The translations under genes and the position numbers were made by a program. Positions 15,324 to 24,119 of a stretch of DNA of 32,000 nucleotides are shown piece after piece. Source of the stretch: Candidatus Thorarchaeota archaeon. Its GTDB lineage: Archaea; Asgardarchaeota; Heimdallarchaeia; Hodarchaeales; Hodarchaeaceae. The DNA is taken from the NCBI GenBank assembly GCA_048882505.1, contig JBHLRO010000026.1:627-32626 (forward strand). The letters are read 5' to 3'. The stretch's first letter is position 1. The number at the start of each line of letters is the position of its first letter. The notes below the pieces were generated by a model. The model did no database searches, was not told the origin of the DNA, and saw nothing but the letters and a program-made list of their open reading frames with translations.

Positions 15324-18300
15324 TGGAGCAGGAGGAGGCGCCTCAGGCCCAAGAAGAAGAGGAGCAGATTACCGAGGCTGTGGAGGAACAAGAAGAAAGC
15401 TGTGATCTAGACGGTCAAGACATCGAGGATCTCATTCAACAGATGGAAGCAGAACCCGAGGATCCCGACCCAGAAACAGAGGAAGACGTAGATCAAGAGG
15501 ATACTCTAGATGATGTAGGCGACCATTTTCAGCAGATCGTTGAGGATGATATTGCTAGTGACACGCTGTCCAAGGATGAGATTCTCGAGGATCTCCCCTT
15601 TGAATTTCCGCTCGCGTTTGATTATGAACCTGAGAATGAGACCATTGAATTCCTGGAAAGTGAAACATCCTCGATTCAAGAGGCCGAGCTGAATCGGGCC
15701 GAGGCCGTAGCGGAAGAGGAACATCTCGAAAAACTCCACCAATGGTTTGACCAACTTGTCCACCACGGCACTTCGGACTTAGAAGACCACGAAGATGTAT
15801 ATGAGCGAGATGAGGTGGGAGCGAGTACGTTGGAAGAAATCCAGGGTGTCATTGGGGAGGGGGAGATCCAGATCCAAGACTTAGCTGAACGGCTCCCTGA
15901 GGATATTTTCAGTTTCGAAATGGAGGAAGAACAGATAGATGCTCTCTTTCTGGAGGAACAGGACGTTAGTAGGTGGATTGAGGAAGAAACAACCCATGTA
16001 GCGGACCATCTTACCTTGGAAACACAAACTGAAGAACACCACCCTGAGCTTTCTGAGGAGGAGATAAAGTCAAAGCTGGAAGAGGTCGCTGAAGAGGTGA
16101 AAGATCAGTACGTCCAGGACCTCGATAGCTGGTGTGCGGATCTCCTGCACGAGACACCCGAAGAGAGTCGGGAGATTGAGGTTCAAGAACAGGAATGGAT
16201 AGAAACAACCCCTGATGAGGGAGAACTGGAAGTACTTACCCAAGAAGAGTTAGCTGTAAATGGGAGTGCGAACGAAGTAGAAATGGATAGTTTTACCCTC
16301 GTAGAAGAGGCAGAAGAGGATACACAATCAACAGTTACGACCCCTGAGGGGGGGACGAAGAATAATGAAATGGGAACGGTAGTTAAGGACATTGAGGAAG
16401 AAGAGTTAAGGGGGAATGTGACAGAGAAGGGAGTGGAGAATGCATCAATCACGGAAAATACACAATCCGAACAAGGACAGAATGTGAATATTGGGGAGGG
16501 GATACAAGCAGCTGAGAGTCATCCCATCCAGGAACTCGACAGCTGGTTGGATGAGGTTACCCATCTACTTTCTGACGGGAAAGCCTTGGACTTTCTAGAG
16601 CAGGATAGTTTCGTGAACATAGATGATCTGGTTCCACTTAGGGAAAATACAACTGATAAGGAGCTAGAAACTCTAGAATTAAAGAATCAACTACCTATGT
16701 CTATTCCTGAGGATATTCTTCCATTAGATGACCTACAAGTGGACTCAGAATTCCTCACTTCCACGCTTTTTCACACTGGATCTACAGGCCTGGATTCAGA
16801 GTATAACGAAGAGATCGCTCCATTCGCCCCATTATCCGAGATAGCTACAGAAATCCAGCAAAGGGAACAGTACCTTGATGTAATAATGGGGCCCCACTTC
16901 CTCGAAGAGGTACACACCCAGATCGAAGTACAAACACTTGAACAACTCGAGACCAAGGCCGACCAGGTTCTAAAAACCCAGGAAGAAGGCCTCCAACTCC
17001 AACGTCAGGTGCCGACTCTTCCTGAACCCCCTCCCTACGATTTTCAGGCCGAATTGGAGGCCTGGGAAGAAGAGGAAGCCCTTCAAGCCAAGTACACCGG
17101 CCCCCCTATCTATCGGTTCGCTAGCCATACTCAGGAAGGACGTTCAAAAAACTTAAAGGCCTCGTCCGACACTTCCCAAATACAGAAAACCCAGGAAAAA
17201 CAATCTAACAGAGAACCGAGGTCTAATTCTGGCAGGTCACTAGAGGAAGCTAAATACATTAAATTGACAGCATCTCGTGATTTGGCAACTCAATCCCTTT
17301 TTAATAAAGAGAAATCAATAGACAGCAAATATATGGTAGGATTGCCAAAAAGCGGAACTCAAGTGGAAAGAGGAAATGACCAGATGGGGACTTGTCAAAC
17401 TTTTGAAAGGGATTTTAAGTATATCAAAGAATATTTCGGATCTCTCAAATCTCCTTTAGAAGGCTTTAAGTATTGGATTAGGTTTGAACAAGATCTTAAA
17501 ATAGGTTCGATGAAGCAACCGTATTATTACAGTCTGTTAATCAAGCCCGATAAGAACATTCCCGATGTGGTTCATGAAAAACGGATCTATATCCAAAACC
17601 GGTCATCCTTTTTTAAAAACGGCTGGGATGCAAGAAATTTTTACCAGCATTCGACCCGAAATGAAGCAGTCTCTTCCTTCCAGAAGATTGTTATGGAAAG
17701 AATTGACAAATGGCTAAATATATCTCCGTGGACAGCTGTAAAAATCCGTCATTCGATATACGAACAATTTTACGAAAAAAAGCCCGCATTTTCGGAAATA
17801 AGGAAGAAAATTACAACAACAAAGAGTAAAAAGAAACCTTCTCTTTTTATCGCTAAGTTTAATTTAGAAAATTCCCAACCCTTATGGATAAAAGCATTTA
17901 ACGAATATATGAATAAGTTAAAAAATAAAGAGTCATTTCTGCAAGATTTAAAAATACGTTATCCTGACGTGTATCAATATTATACCTCAGAAGAGAACAC
18001 CCGCAATTTATCCCAAATTTTGGCCAATAAATCCCGATTCCTTGATTCTGAGGAAAAAAAACTGGCTAAACAAATCGTTTTAGATGTGAATACGAGAAAG
18101 GAGGATACAGCAAAGGCCAAGCGGTTTATTGAAGAAATAAACCATGCAATAGTAGAGGGTAACCTAAATGTCTCAGACCAAAAGATACTTGAAAATTTAA
18201 GTATGATAAGGAAACTAGAATCGTTTAAAGATATTGGATTTGTGTACAACGGAAATAACTGGGTTACAGTCTATAACTGGGAAGGGATGGATGATATCAA

Positions 18301-19810
18301 GTACTTCTTCAACGAAAGAATACAAGGAATTTGGGGATTGAAAATTTGGATTGACGTTTATATGGGAATCCCGATTTTTTCGAATAATAACAAACCTCTT
18401 TATTACACTGTGACGTTAAATGATCAAAGTGATATTCTTTTTCCGTTACGAGGAAAAACATTTCTATTAAGAAATGATCCAAGAGTTCTCAAAGAATATG
18501 GCGTTCGTAACTCATATTGGAGTGATAAGAACGGAACGGTCTTAAATTGGGAATATAGATTTTGTGAAGTTCTAGATTACGAAGTTCTAGGGCTAAACAA
18601 GGGAGATAAATCTGACCGAATGAACTTTACACGAATTAGAAATAGCATATTTAACCAGTTTAAACTAAAATACGGAGAAAATTACGGATACAAGACAAAA
18701 AATGCTCAAAGTCTCGCCCAGACAAAAATCCTTATTCTTAAATATGATAAAAATAACCTGCATTATTCTTGGATAAGGGCATTTTCTACTTCTAAATGGG
18801 ATATAACAACCTCTACATATAAGACTGTTGCTAATTGTCTTAGTAAGTTTGGATACGCAGATAGTCTAAAAGGGGAACCAATCGACTATATAATTACGAC
18901 AAGCGAGATTAAATACGATAATTTGATTGCTAAGATACGTAATAAAGAGATTGACGATCTTGGGGAAATGATTCATGCTCTAGAATATAATAAAAACTCA
19001 TCGACTAAATTTCACGATTTGTATTTTGGAACCAAAGATGTACAATTTCCTCTTATGGCCGATACCAGGGACTTTCAGAAATTTAAAGATGAATCAAATC
19101 CACAGGGCGAGTCGGCAATAATCAGTTCATTATTCCAACATAGGGAGTTGATAAGAGAGATAAACAAAAGATTTCCGTCAACGATCCCTTCATATGGCAT
19201 CTATGAATTTAAAGGCCAGTCTCGAGGTGAGAGTTCAACAACACCAGTCTATGAGGATATTTCAGCCAAAAAAAATAAAGCAGGGGATCCATTATCGTCA
19301 AATGTGAACATTCTAATTAAGAATTCAAATGAACATGTAAAAATCCGATTGTTAGAAGACTATTTAAAAGCCTTGCACGGAGTTGGAGACAAAAATATCT
19401 ATGTAAAAACAGTAATAACACATCCTGGGCATTTCAAGGATTTAAGCGAAATTCCAAGAGAAGTTAAGAAAGCAGTTGATAATTACCAGGAGGGAAGAAG
19501 ACTTGGATGGATTGATATAGGGATTGTACGTGGTAATAAGACCTATAATAACCTTGGATCTATATATGGAGCTGTGAAATGGGCCCGTACTGAAACAACT
19601 AATCATAAGGTGGCCGACACCAAATCGGGCATCGTACATGATTCAATAAGAAAACTTATGGAACATCGTATTGTGAAAAAGGAAAAAGAATTAGTTGAAA
19701 ATATGAACGACCTTTTTGAAAGACATAAATTTACTGGAAACTCCATTCGAGAAACCTCCTATGAAAAATTCAAGGATTTCATCATAGATTTCTTTGAAAC
19801 GTTTTTTTAA
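15323..19810 (+). CDS. ~1495-aa hypothetical protein: acidic disordered N-half, basic AT-rich C-half with a duplicated ~165-aa domain
   Basis: Uninterrupted ORF. The ATG at 15323 overlaps the ATPase stop (TAATG), suggesting translational coupling; the ORF track start at 15308 is an alternative. No family recognised. Confidence 0.8.
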   Translation: MEQEEAPQAQEEEEQITEAVEEQEESCDLDGQDIEDLIQQMEAEPEDPDPETEEDVDQEDTLDDVGDHFQQIVEDDIASDTLSKDEILEDLPFEFPLAFDYEPENETIEFLESETSSIQEAELNRAEAVAEEEHLEKLHQWFDQLVHHGTSDLEDHEDVYERDEVGASTLEEIQGVIGEGEIQIQDLAERLPEDIFSFEMEEEQIDALFLEEQDVSRWIEEETTHVADHLTLETQTEEHHPELSEEEIKSKLEEVAEEVKDQYVQDLDSWCADLLHETPEESREIEVQEQEWIETTPDEGELEVLTQEELAVNGSANEVEMDSFTLVEEAEEDTQSTVTTPEGGTKNNEMGTVVKDIEEEELRGNVTEKGVENASITENTQSEQGQNVNIGEGIQAAESHPIQELDSWLDEVTHLLSDGKALDFLEQDSFVNIDDLVPLRENTTDKELETLELKNQLPMSIPEDILPLDDLQVDSEFLTSTLFHTGSTGLDSEYNEEIAPFAPLSEIATEIQQREQYLDVIMGPHFLEEVHTQIEVQTLEQLETKADQVLKTQEEGLQLQRQVPTLPEPPPYDFQAELEAWEEEEALQAKYTGPPIYRFASHTQEGRSKNLKASSDTSQIQKTQEKQSNREPRSNSGRSLEEAKYIKLTASRDLATQSLFNKEKSIDSKYMVGLPKSGTQVERGNDQMGTCQTFERDFKYIKEYFGSLKSPLEGFKYWIRFEQDLKIGSMKQPYYYSLLIKPDKNIPDVVHEKRIYIQNRSSFFKNGWDARNFYQHSTRNEAVSSFQKIVMERIDKWLNISPWTAVKIRHSIYEQFYEKKPAFSEIRKKITTTKSKKKPSLFIAKFNLENSQPLWIKAFNEYMNKLKNKESFLQDLKIRYPDVYQYYTSEENTRNLSQILANKSRFLDSEEKKLAKQIVLDVNTRKEDTAKAKRFIEEINHAIVEGNLNVSDQKILENLSMIRKLESFKDIGFVYNGNNWVTVYNWEGMDDIKYFFNERIQGIWGLKIWIDVYMGIPIFSNNNKPLYYTVTLNDQSDILFPLRGKTFLLRNDPRVLKEYGVRNSYWSDKNGTVLNWEYRFCEVLDYEVLGLNKGDKSDRMNFTRIRNSIFNQFKLKYGENYGYKTKNAQSLAQTKILILKYDKNNLHYSWIRAFSTSKWDITTSTYKTVANCLSKFGYADSLKGEPIDYIITTSEIKYDNLIAKIRNKEIDDLGEMIHALEYNKNSSTKFHDLYFGTKDVQFPLMADTRDFQKFKDESNPQGESAIISSLFQHRELIREINKRFPSTIPSYGIYEFKGQSRGESSTTPVYEDISAKKNKAGDPLSSNVNILIKNSNEHVKIRLLEDYLKALHGVGDKNIYVKTVITHPGHFKDLSEIPREVKKAVDNYQEGRRLGWIDIGIVRGNKTYNNLGSIYGAVKWARTETTNHKVADTKSGIVHDSIRKLMEHRIVKKEKELVENMNDLFERHKFTGNSIRETSYEKFKDFIIDFFETFF

Positions 19811-20011
19811 CCTGATCGAGTAGATTTCTGTTGGTTCAATACACTTGATCTGAACAATAATCTTTATTTCAGGTTATAAATGTTTGAAACGCAATACATG
19901 CTATTTTATATAGGAACAACCCAGTGAATTTTAGATGAAGAACTTAATAATCCAACATTATGAATTAGATAAAAAAATAATCTGTCATGACTTAAACAGG
20001 TGTAGGATACT

Positions 20012-21089
20012 ATGAGTAAAACAGAAGGTAAAGATTTCACCGCAGACGATATTTCCTTCGATATGTTGTCCGAAGCTGACGTCGCAAGGGCCTATCAACA
20101 AATAATGGCTGAAATTCGGAAGGGATATATTGGACGCACCGAAATATTTGAGATGTTATGGATCGCCATGTTGACCGGTAAACACGTCTATTTAGAGGGT
20201 GTACCGGGTATTGGAAAACTTGGTTGTGGTTACAACTAAGTCTGAAAAAACATATATGGCGAAAATCTTCTCTCAATGTTTAGGAACACAATTTCAACGA
20301 ATTCAATTCACCCCCGACATGCTGCCCTCCGATATTGTTGGAACGAACATATTTAATCCCAAAACAGGAACGTTTCGTCTTAAAAAGGGTCCAATCTTTG
20401 CTAATGTCATATTGGCGGATGAAATTAATAGAGCTCCTCCTAAAACTCAATCAGCAATGTTGGAGGCCATGGCTGAAAGCCAAGTCTCTATAGAAGGCGA
20501 AACACATAAGCTGGAACAACCTTTTGTCGTTATGGCGACTGCAAATCCCGTAGAGCAAGAAGGAACGTATCCCCTGCCAGAAGCTCAGTTGGATAGGTTC
20601 ATGCTCAAAGTTATTATCCATCATTCATCGCCTGACGATGAACTTCGAATTATCAATTTCAAAAATGAGCCTGTCCCGGCCAAAATCAACCAAGTGGTGT
20701 CTCCTCAGACTATAGTTGCTATGATGGATGTTGTTAAACGTATTTATGTCTGTCCGGAAATTCTCGAAATGATTAGGGACATTACAGTTGCTACGCGCAC
20801 AGATCCAAGACTAATACTCGGTTGTTCTCCCCGTGGAAGCGAAAGTCTACTGCTAGCTGGTAAAGCAAGGGCAGCCATACATGGCCGGGATTATGTGATA
20901 CCAGACGATATTCTTCTAATGATACCTCATATAGTACATCATCGATTAATCATGAAGCCGGAAGCAGAACTCGAAGGTATCTCTCAGATAAGGGTGTCCG
21001 AGGATATACGCGATAGTCTCGTTGTGCCTGTCCATCTCGTAACCGAAGAAATGATCGTAGAAGAGTACATTGAAGAATATGTCGAATAG
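20012..21089 (+). CDS. moxR: MoxR-family AAA+ ATPase, predicted join(20012..20216,20248..21089), 348 aa
   Basis: Exon 1 ends HVYLEGVPGIGK; exon 2 continues TYMAKIF...RIQFTPDMLPSDIVG...LADEINRAPPKTQSAMLEAM...ATANPVEQEGTYPLPEAQLDRF. Removing 31 nt restores Walker A GVPGIGKT. Confidence 0.9.
20217..20247 (+). other. Candidate 31-nt bulge-helix-bulge intron in moxR mRNA
   Basis: 10-bp inner stem ACUUGGUUGU/ACAACUAAGU with a GGUU loop; 3-nt bulge AA^A (20215-17); 4-bp central helix UUGG/CUGA; second AA^A (20246-48). Contains an in-frame TAA at 20237-39. The outer helix is weak, so this is a relaxed motif. Confidence 0.75.
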
Positions 21090-21216
21090 AATGGGATTAA
21101 TGTCATCTGGTTTCAATCAATTTCATTCATCTTCCACCTGTATACCCGTTAACATAAAACAATTCGTAAAGAGAAACTACATAGAAGATCGAAGAACTTA
21201 CAAGACGTGGCTTTGA

Positions 21217-22695
21217 ATGCTCTCATCACGTGGTGCTTTTATTGCAATTGGTGGCATCCTACTCCTTTCTGTCGGCCTAAGCGCCAAGGGGGTCGGGACA
21301 CTTACCACGATGGTACCTATAGTGTTTGGAGGACAGGGGTTAGTTCAAGGCGGAGGGCAGCCAACAGGGAATGGAACTTCTTCTTATCCTCCAGGCTTGG
21401 AGTTTCTCGAAGTATTTGACATTCTAAACAGTTCTCCAATCGTGGATTATGGAATGTTTCTTGGAACTTTATTGATCTTGGCAAGCATTATTGGATTACC
21501 GTTCTTCCGAGCATCCGCCAATGCATCACTTATTCGAGTCACAAGGAGCATTGACCGCGAGAAAGCATTTGCAGGTGAATATGTCCACGTGACGGTCAAA
21601 GTTGAAAATACGGGTAGACGCCGCATGGACTTCTTAGAGATCTATGACGCAATTCCAGACATGTTCGAAATAGTGGTCGGAGAGAACTTTATTATAACCC
21701 AACTCTCTGGACATGAAACTAAAGAATTTTCTTACATTGTAAAAGTGAGTACTAGAGGTGTTTACCGTATAGGCCCAACCAAAGTCATTATACATGATAG
21801 ACTAGGCTTTTACTTTGAAGAGGACGTCCGACATTTCTACACGGAAGTTTTGTGCTATCCTTCCTACGAGGACATCCGGCGTATGGATGCCTTGAGCAAA
21901 CGACGGCAACAGGGCAAGCTTTTTGGGGCTCATAAAACCAAACAGAAAGGGATGGGAGACGATTTTCATGCCCTAGCACGGTATTATCCTGGAGCTCCAT
22001 TTAAATCCTTGGATTGGAAGGCTTTCAGCCGAACGGGAGAGCTCATGGTGAGGGAATTCGAAGCTGAGAAGAATATCAGAATTGTTGTATTCCTAGATCA
22101 TAGCGGGAGTATGGGCGCGGGGATTCCCTTTAACACAAAATTAGATTTCGCTATTCGGGCGACAATGCTGGTCATGAAGATGGCAGAGGAGAGGCAAGAC
22201 CTATTCGGCATGATCACCTATGCGGATAGACCTACCTCGTACCTCCCGCCTAAAGGGGGTAAAGCGATGTTTTTTCAACTATTAGAAATCCTTGCGCTGG
22301 TGGAACCCCAAGGTCGCTCCGATCCGTTGGCCGCAGTCGACTTTGTGATGCAACGTCTACCACGAGCATCTTTTTACGTGTTCCTTACTGATTTGGAATC
22401 GTCAGATTCCGAAATCTTTACCGAGGCGGCCAAAAGGGCTAGAGCTGCAAAAAACCGTATTACCGTAATCAGCCCCTTTGGACCTCTATTCGAGACAAAG
22501 TTGACAGATTTGACCCCGACAGAACGCGCAATGGCAGAGGCGATTTTCGAGGAATATCTCGGTTACCGAAAGCAGGTTGAAGATGGCTTACGAAATTTAG
22601 GGGTAGAGATCATAAACGTGGGGCCCGACGACATGTTGCCAAATGTAATTAAAACCTATATGAAAGCAAAACAACAACAAATAGGTTCGGTGTAA
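21217..22695 (+). CDS. DUF58 protein with vWA-like C-terminal domain (MoxR partner)
   Basis: N-terminal TMs; GDDFHALARYYPGAPFKSLDWKAFSRTGELMVREFEAEK; MIDAS-like FLDHSGSM; VFLTDLE. Confidence 0.9.
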   Translation: MLSSRGAFIAIGGILLLSVGLSAKGVGTLTTMVPIVFGGQGLVQGGGQPTGNGTSSYPPGLEFLEVFDILNSSPIVDYGMFLGTLLILASIIGLPFFRASANASLIRVTRSIDREKAFAGEYVHVTVKVENTGRRRMDFLEIYDAIPDMFEIVVGENFIITQLSGHETKEFSYIVKVSTRGVYRIGPTKVIIHDRLGFYFEEDVRHFYTEVLCYPSYEDIRRMDALSKRRQQGKLFGAHKTKQKGMGDDFHALARYYPGAPFKSLDWKAFSRTGELMVREFEAEKNIRIVVFLDHSGSMGAGIPFNTKLDFAIRATMLVMKMAEERQDLFGMITYADRPTSYLPPKGGKAMFFQLLEILALVEPQGRSDPLAAVDFVMQRLPRASFYVFLTDLESSDSEIFTEAAKRARAAKNRITVISPFGPLFETKLTDLTPTERAMAEAIFEEYLGYRKQVEDGLRNLGVEIINVGPDDMLPNVIKTYMKAKQQQIGSV

Positions 22696-22701
22696 CAAAA
22701 T

Positions 22702-24090
22702 ATGGAAGCAAGTGAGCTAACGGCCAATATATTCCGCAGCCTCTACTTCGCGTTGTTTTGTTTTTCAGCAATTTTGGTTTTTTTCTCAATAGATCCATCC
22801 ATGTTTGATTTTAGCAATGTTTTTGGAATTCTTGAATGGCTCGCACTCCTCGTTCAATCTGCAGTCTGGGCAACGGGGGTGGTCGCTCTAATCATTGTAA
22901 ATGCATTCCTAACATTAAAGTCTCAGATCCCCATTCTCGGCAGCTTACCCCTCATTGGGGATCCAAATTTTGGAGCTCTCCAATATGGCGAGGCCTATGG
23001 CACTATCATTGATGGTATTTTCAGCCCTGCCAATTACTTTTTTCCCCACTCGAACATTGATATCTCAGATCCCGCTGTTATAGGGACAGTCATAGAAGAT
23101 TTCCTTAATTTTGCGGGGGCAACAACGATCTTGATCCTATTACCGATCGCGCTCCTCTCGGGCCTGGGTTTCCTCCGAGAAGGCGACACTAAACTTGCGA
23201 TTTATTCTTTCCTCGGATTCCAACTCATCATCATTGTGGCAATCTTCACCCAAAACGCACTGATCTCGACCGAAATTAATACTTCTGGCCTCATTGAGAT
23301 GATCTTAAGTCCCGTTTTCACTCTGGGATTTCTTCTCTATCTTCTACTTGAAGTAGCATTTCAAACGTCGTACACTCTAAACATTCTCGGCCCTATGACA
23401 GAGCGTGAGAAACGCATCCAAGAACACCTTAGGCGGATTCGAACCTTTGTTCCTACTAGCGGAGACATGGAAATCCAGGATGAGCAGGCATTTCAAGGCA
23501 CCCAGTCCAAAAAATTCGGTCTCTTGGCTGCCAGCTATCTCCGAGAAATGGTAGAACGACGCGTATTTAGAGAAAGAGAAGTTGTGCAAGACCCAAAAAG
23601 CATGATGCGTCTTCAGTCGTATTTGGCTTCATTATCGCAAAGCGACCCCCAGACCGATTTGAAACTTGCAGCAAAGACCGCTCAACCGACAGGATCCGCG
23701 TTATTGAGACATTTTGCTCCTGCAATGTTGTTCCGACTGGTAAGCGTGGTTTTACTCTCTTATTTCATCATAGCACCCGAAGGCATCTTGAATCTCTTTA
23801 TAGGCTTCTCTTTTCCAGCCCTTTTGGATAGTCTAGAGTTGTCTCAGCCTGAATTTCGCACTATCGCCATCTTAAATGTGGCTCTCTTGATTATTCTAAT
23901 TTCCGCCGTTCTCCATTACGCCACAACTAGTAAACGAACAAAAGCCATGCTATTACGTGTGGTACAACAAATTGACACCTTAGTCGATTTTGATAGGGGG
24001 CCGAGTCCAGCTACGGTGACTGAAGAGGGAATGGAGGCAGACGAAATCGTCGAAGACCTACCTACAGATGAGGAAGAAGAGATTTCATAA
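22702..24090 (+). CDS. Polytopic membrane protein of unknown function, probably co-transcribed with moxR/DUF58
   Basis: Multiple hydrophobic helices, a ~120-aa hydrophilic insert and an acidic C-tail; 6-nt gap from the DUF58 gene. Confidence 0.75.
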   Translation: MEASELTANIFRSLYFALFCFSAILVFFSIDPSMFDFSNVFGILEWLALLVQSAVWATGVVALIIVNAFLTLKSQIPILGSLPLIGDPNFGALQYGEAYGTIIDGIFSPANYFFPHSNIDISDPAVIGTVIEDFLNFAGATTILILLPIALLSGLGFLREGDTKLAIYSFLGFQLIIIVAIFTQNALISTEINTSGLIEMILSPVFTLGFLLYLLLEVAFQTSYTLNILGPMTEREKRIQEHLRRIRTFVPTSGDMEIQDEQAFQGTQSKKFGLLAASYLREMVERRVFREREVVQDPKSMMRLQSYLASLSQSDPQTDLKLAAKTAQPTGSALLRHFAPAMLFRLVSVVLLSYFIIAPEGILNLFIGFSFPALLDSLELSQPEFRTIAILNVALLIILISAVLHYATTSKRTKAMLLRVVQQIDTLVDFDRGPSPATVTEEGMEADEIVEDLPTDEEEEIS

Positions 24091-24119
24091 GTCTGAAATG
24101 AATACGAGATGATAGTCCC

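Noticed and set aside
12877-20011. Calling the inserted block a mobile element
   Set aside because: No integrase, transposase, terminal inverted repeat or flanking direct repeat could be found by eye; only context and composition support acquisition.
3071-20226. Shared heptamer TTGGTTG in the tRNA 37/38 intron and the moxR intron
   Set aside because: Seven nucleotides is too short to support common origin, and the heptamer occupies different structural positions in the two introns.
20214-20248. The moxR insert as a mini-transposon footprint with a GAAAA target-site duplication
   Set aside because: Removing one GAAAA copy plus the interior deletes 30 nt and leaves the gene out of frame, whereas BHB-rule excision (31 nt) restores it. 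Not fully excluded as the origin of the insert.
20199-21089. ORF 20199-21089 as an independent gene, or moxR expressed by ribosomal frameshifting
   Set aside because: On its own it lacks the GxxGxGK part of Walker A. A +1 frameshift would leave about 10 extra residues inside the P-loop between K and T, which is incompatible with function.
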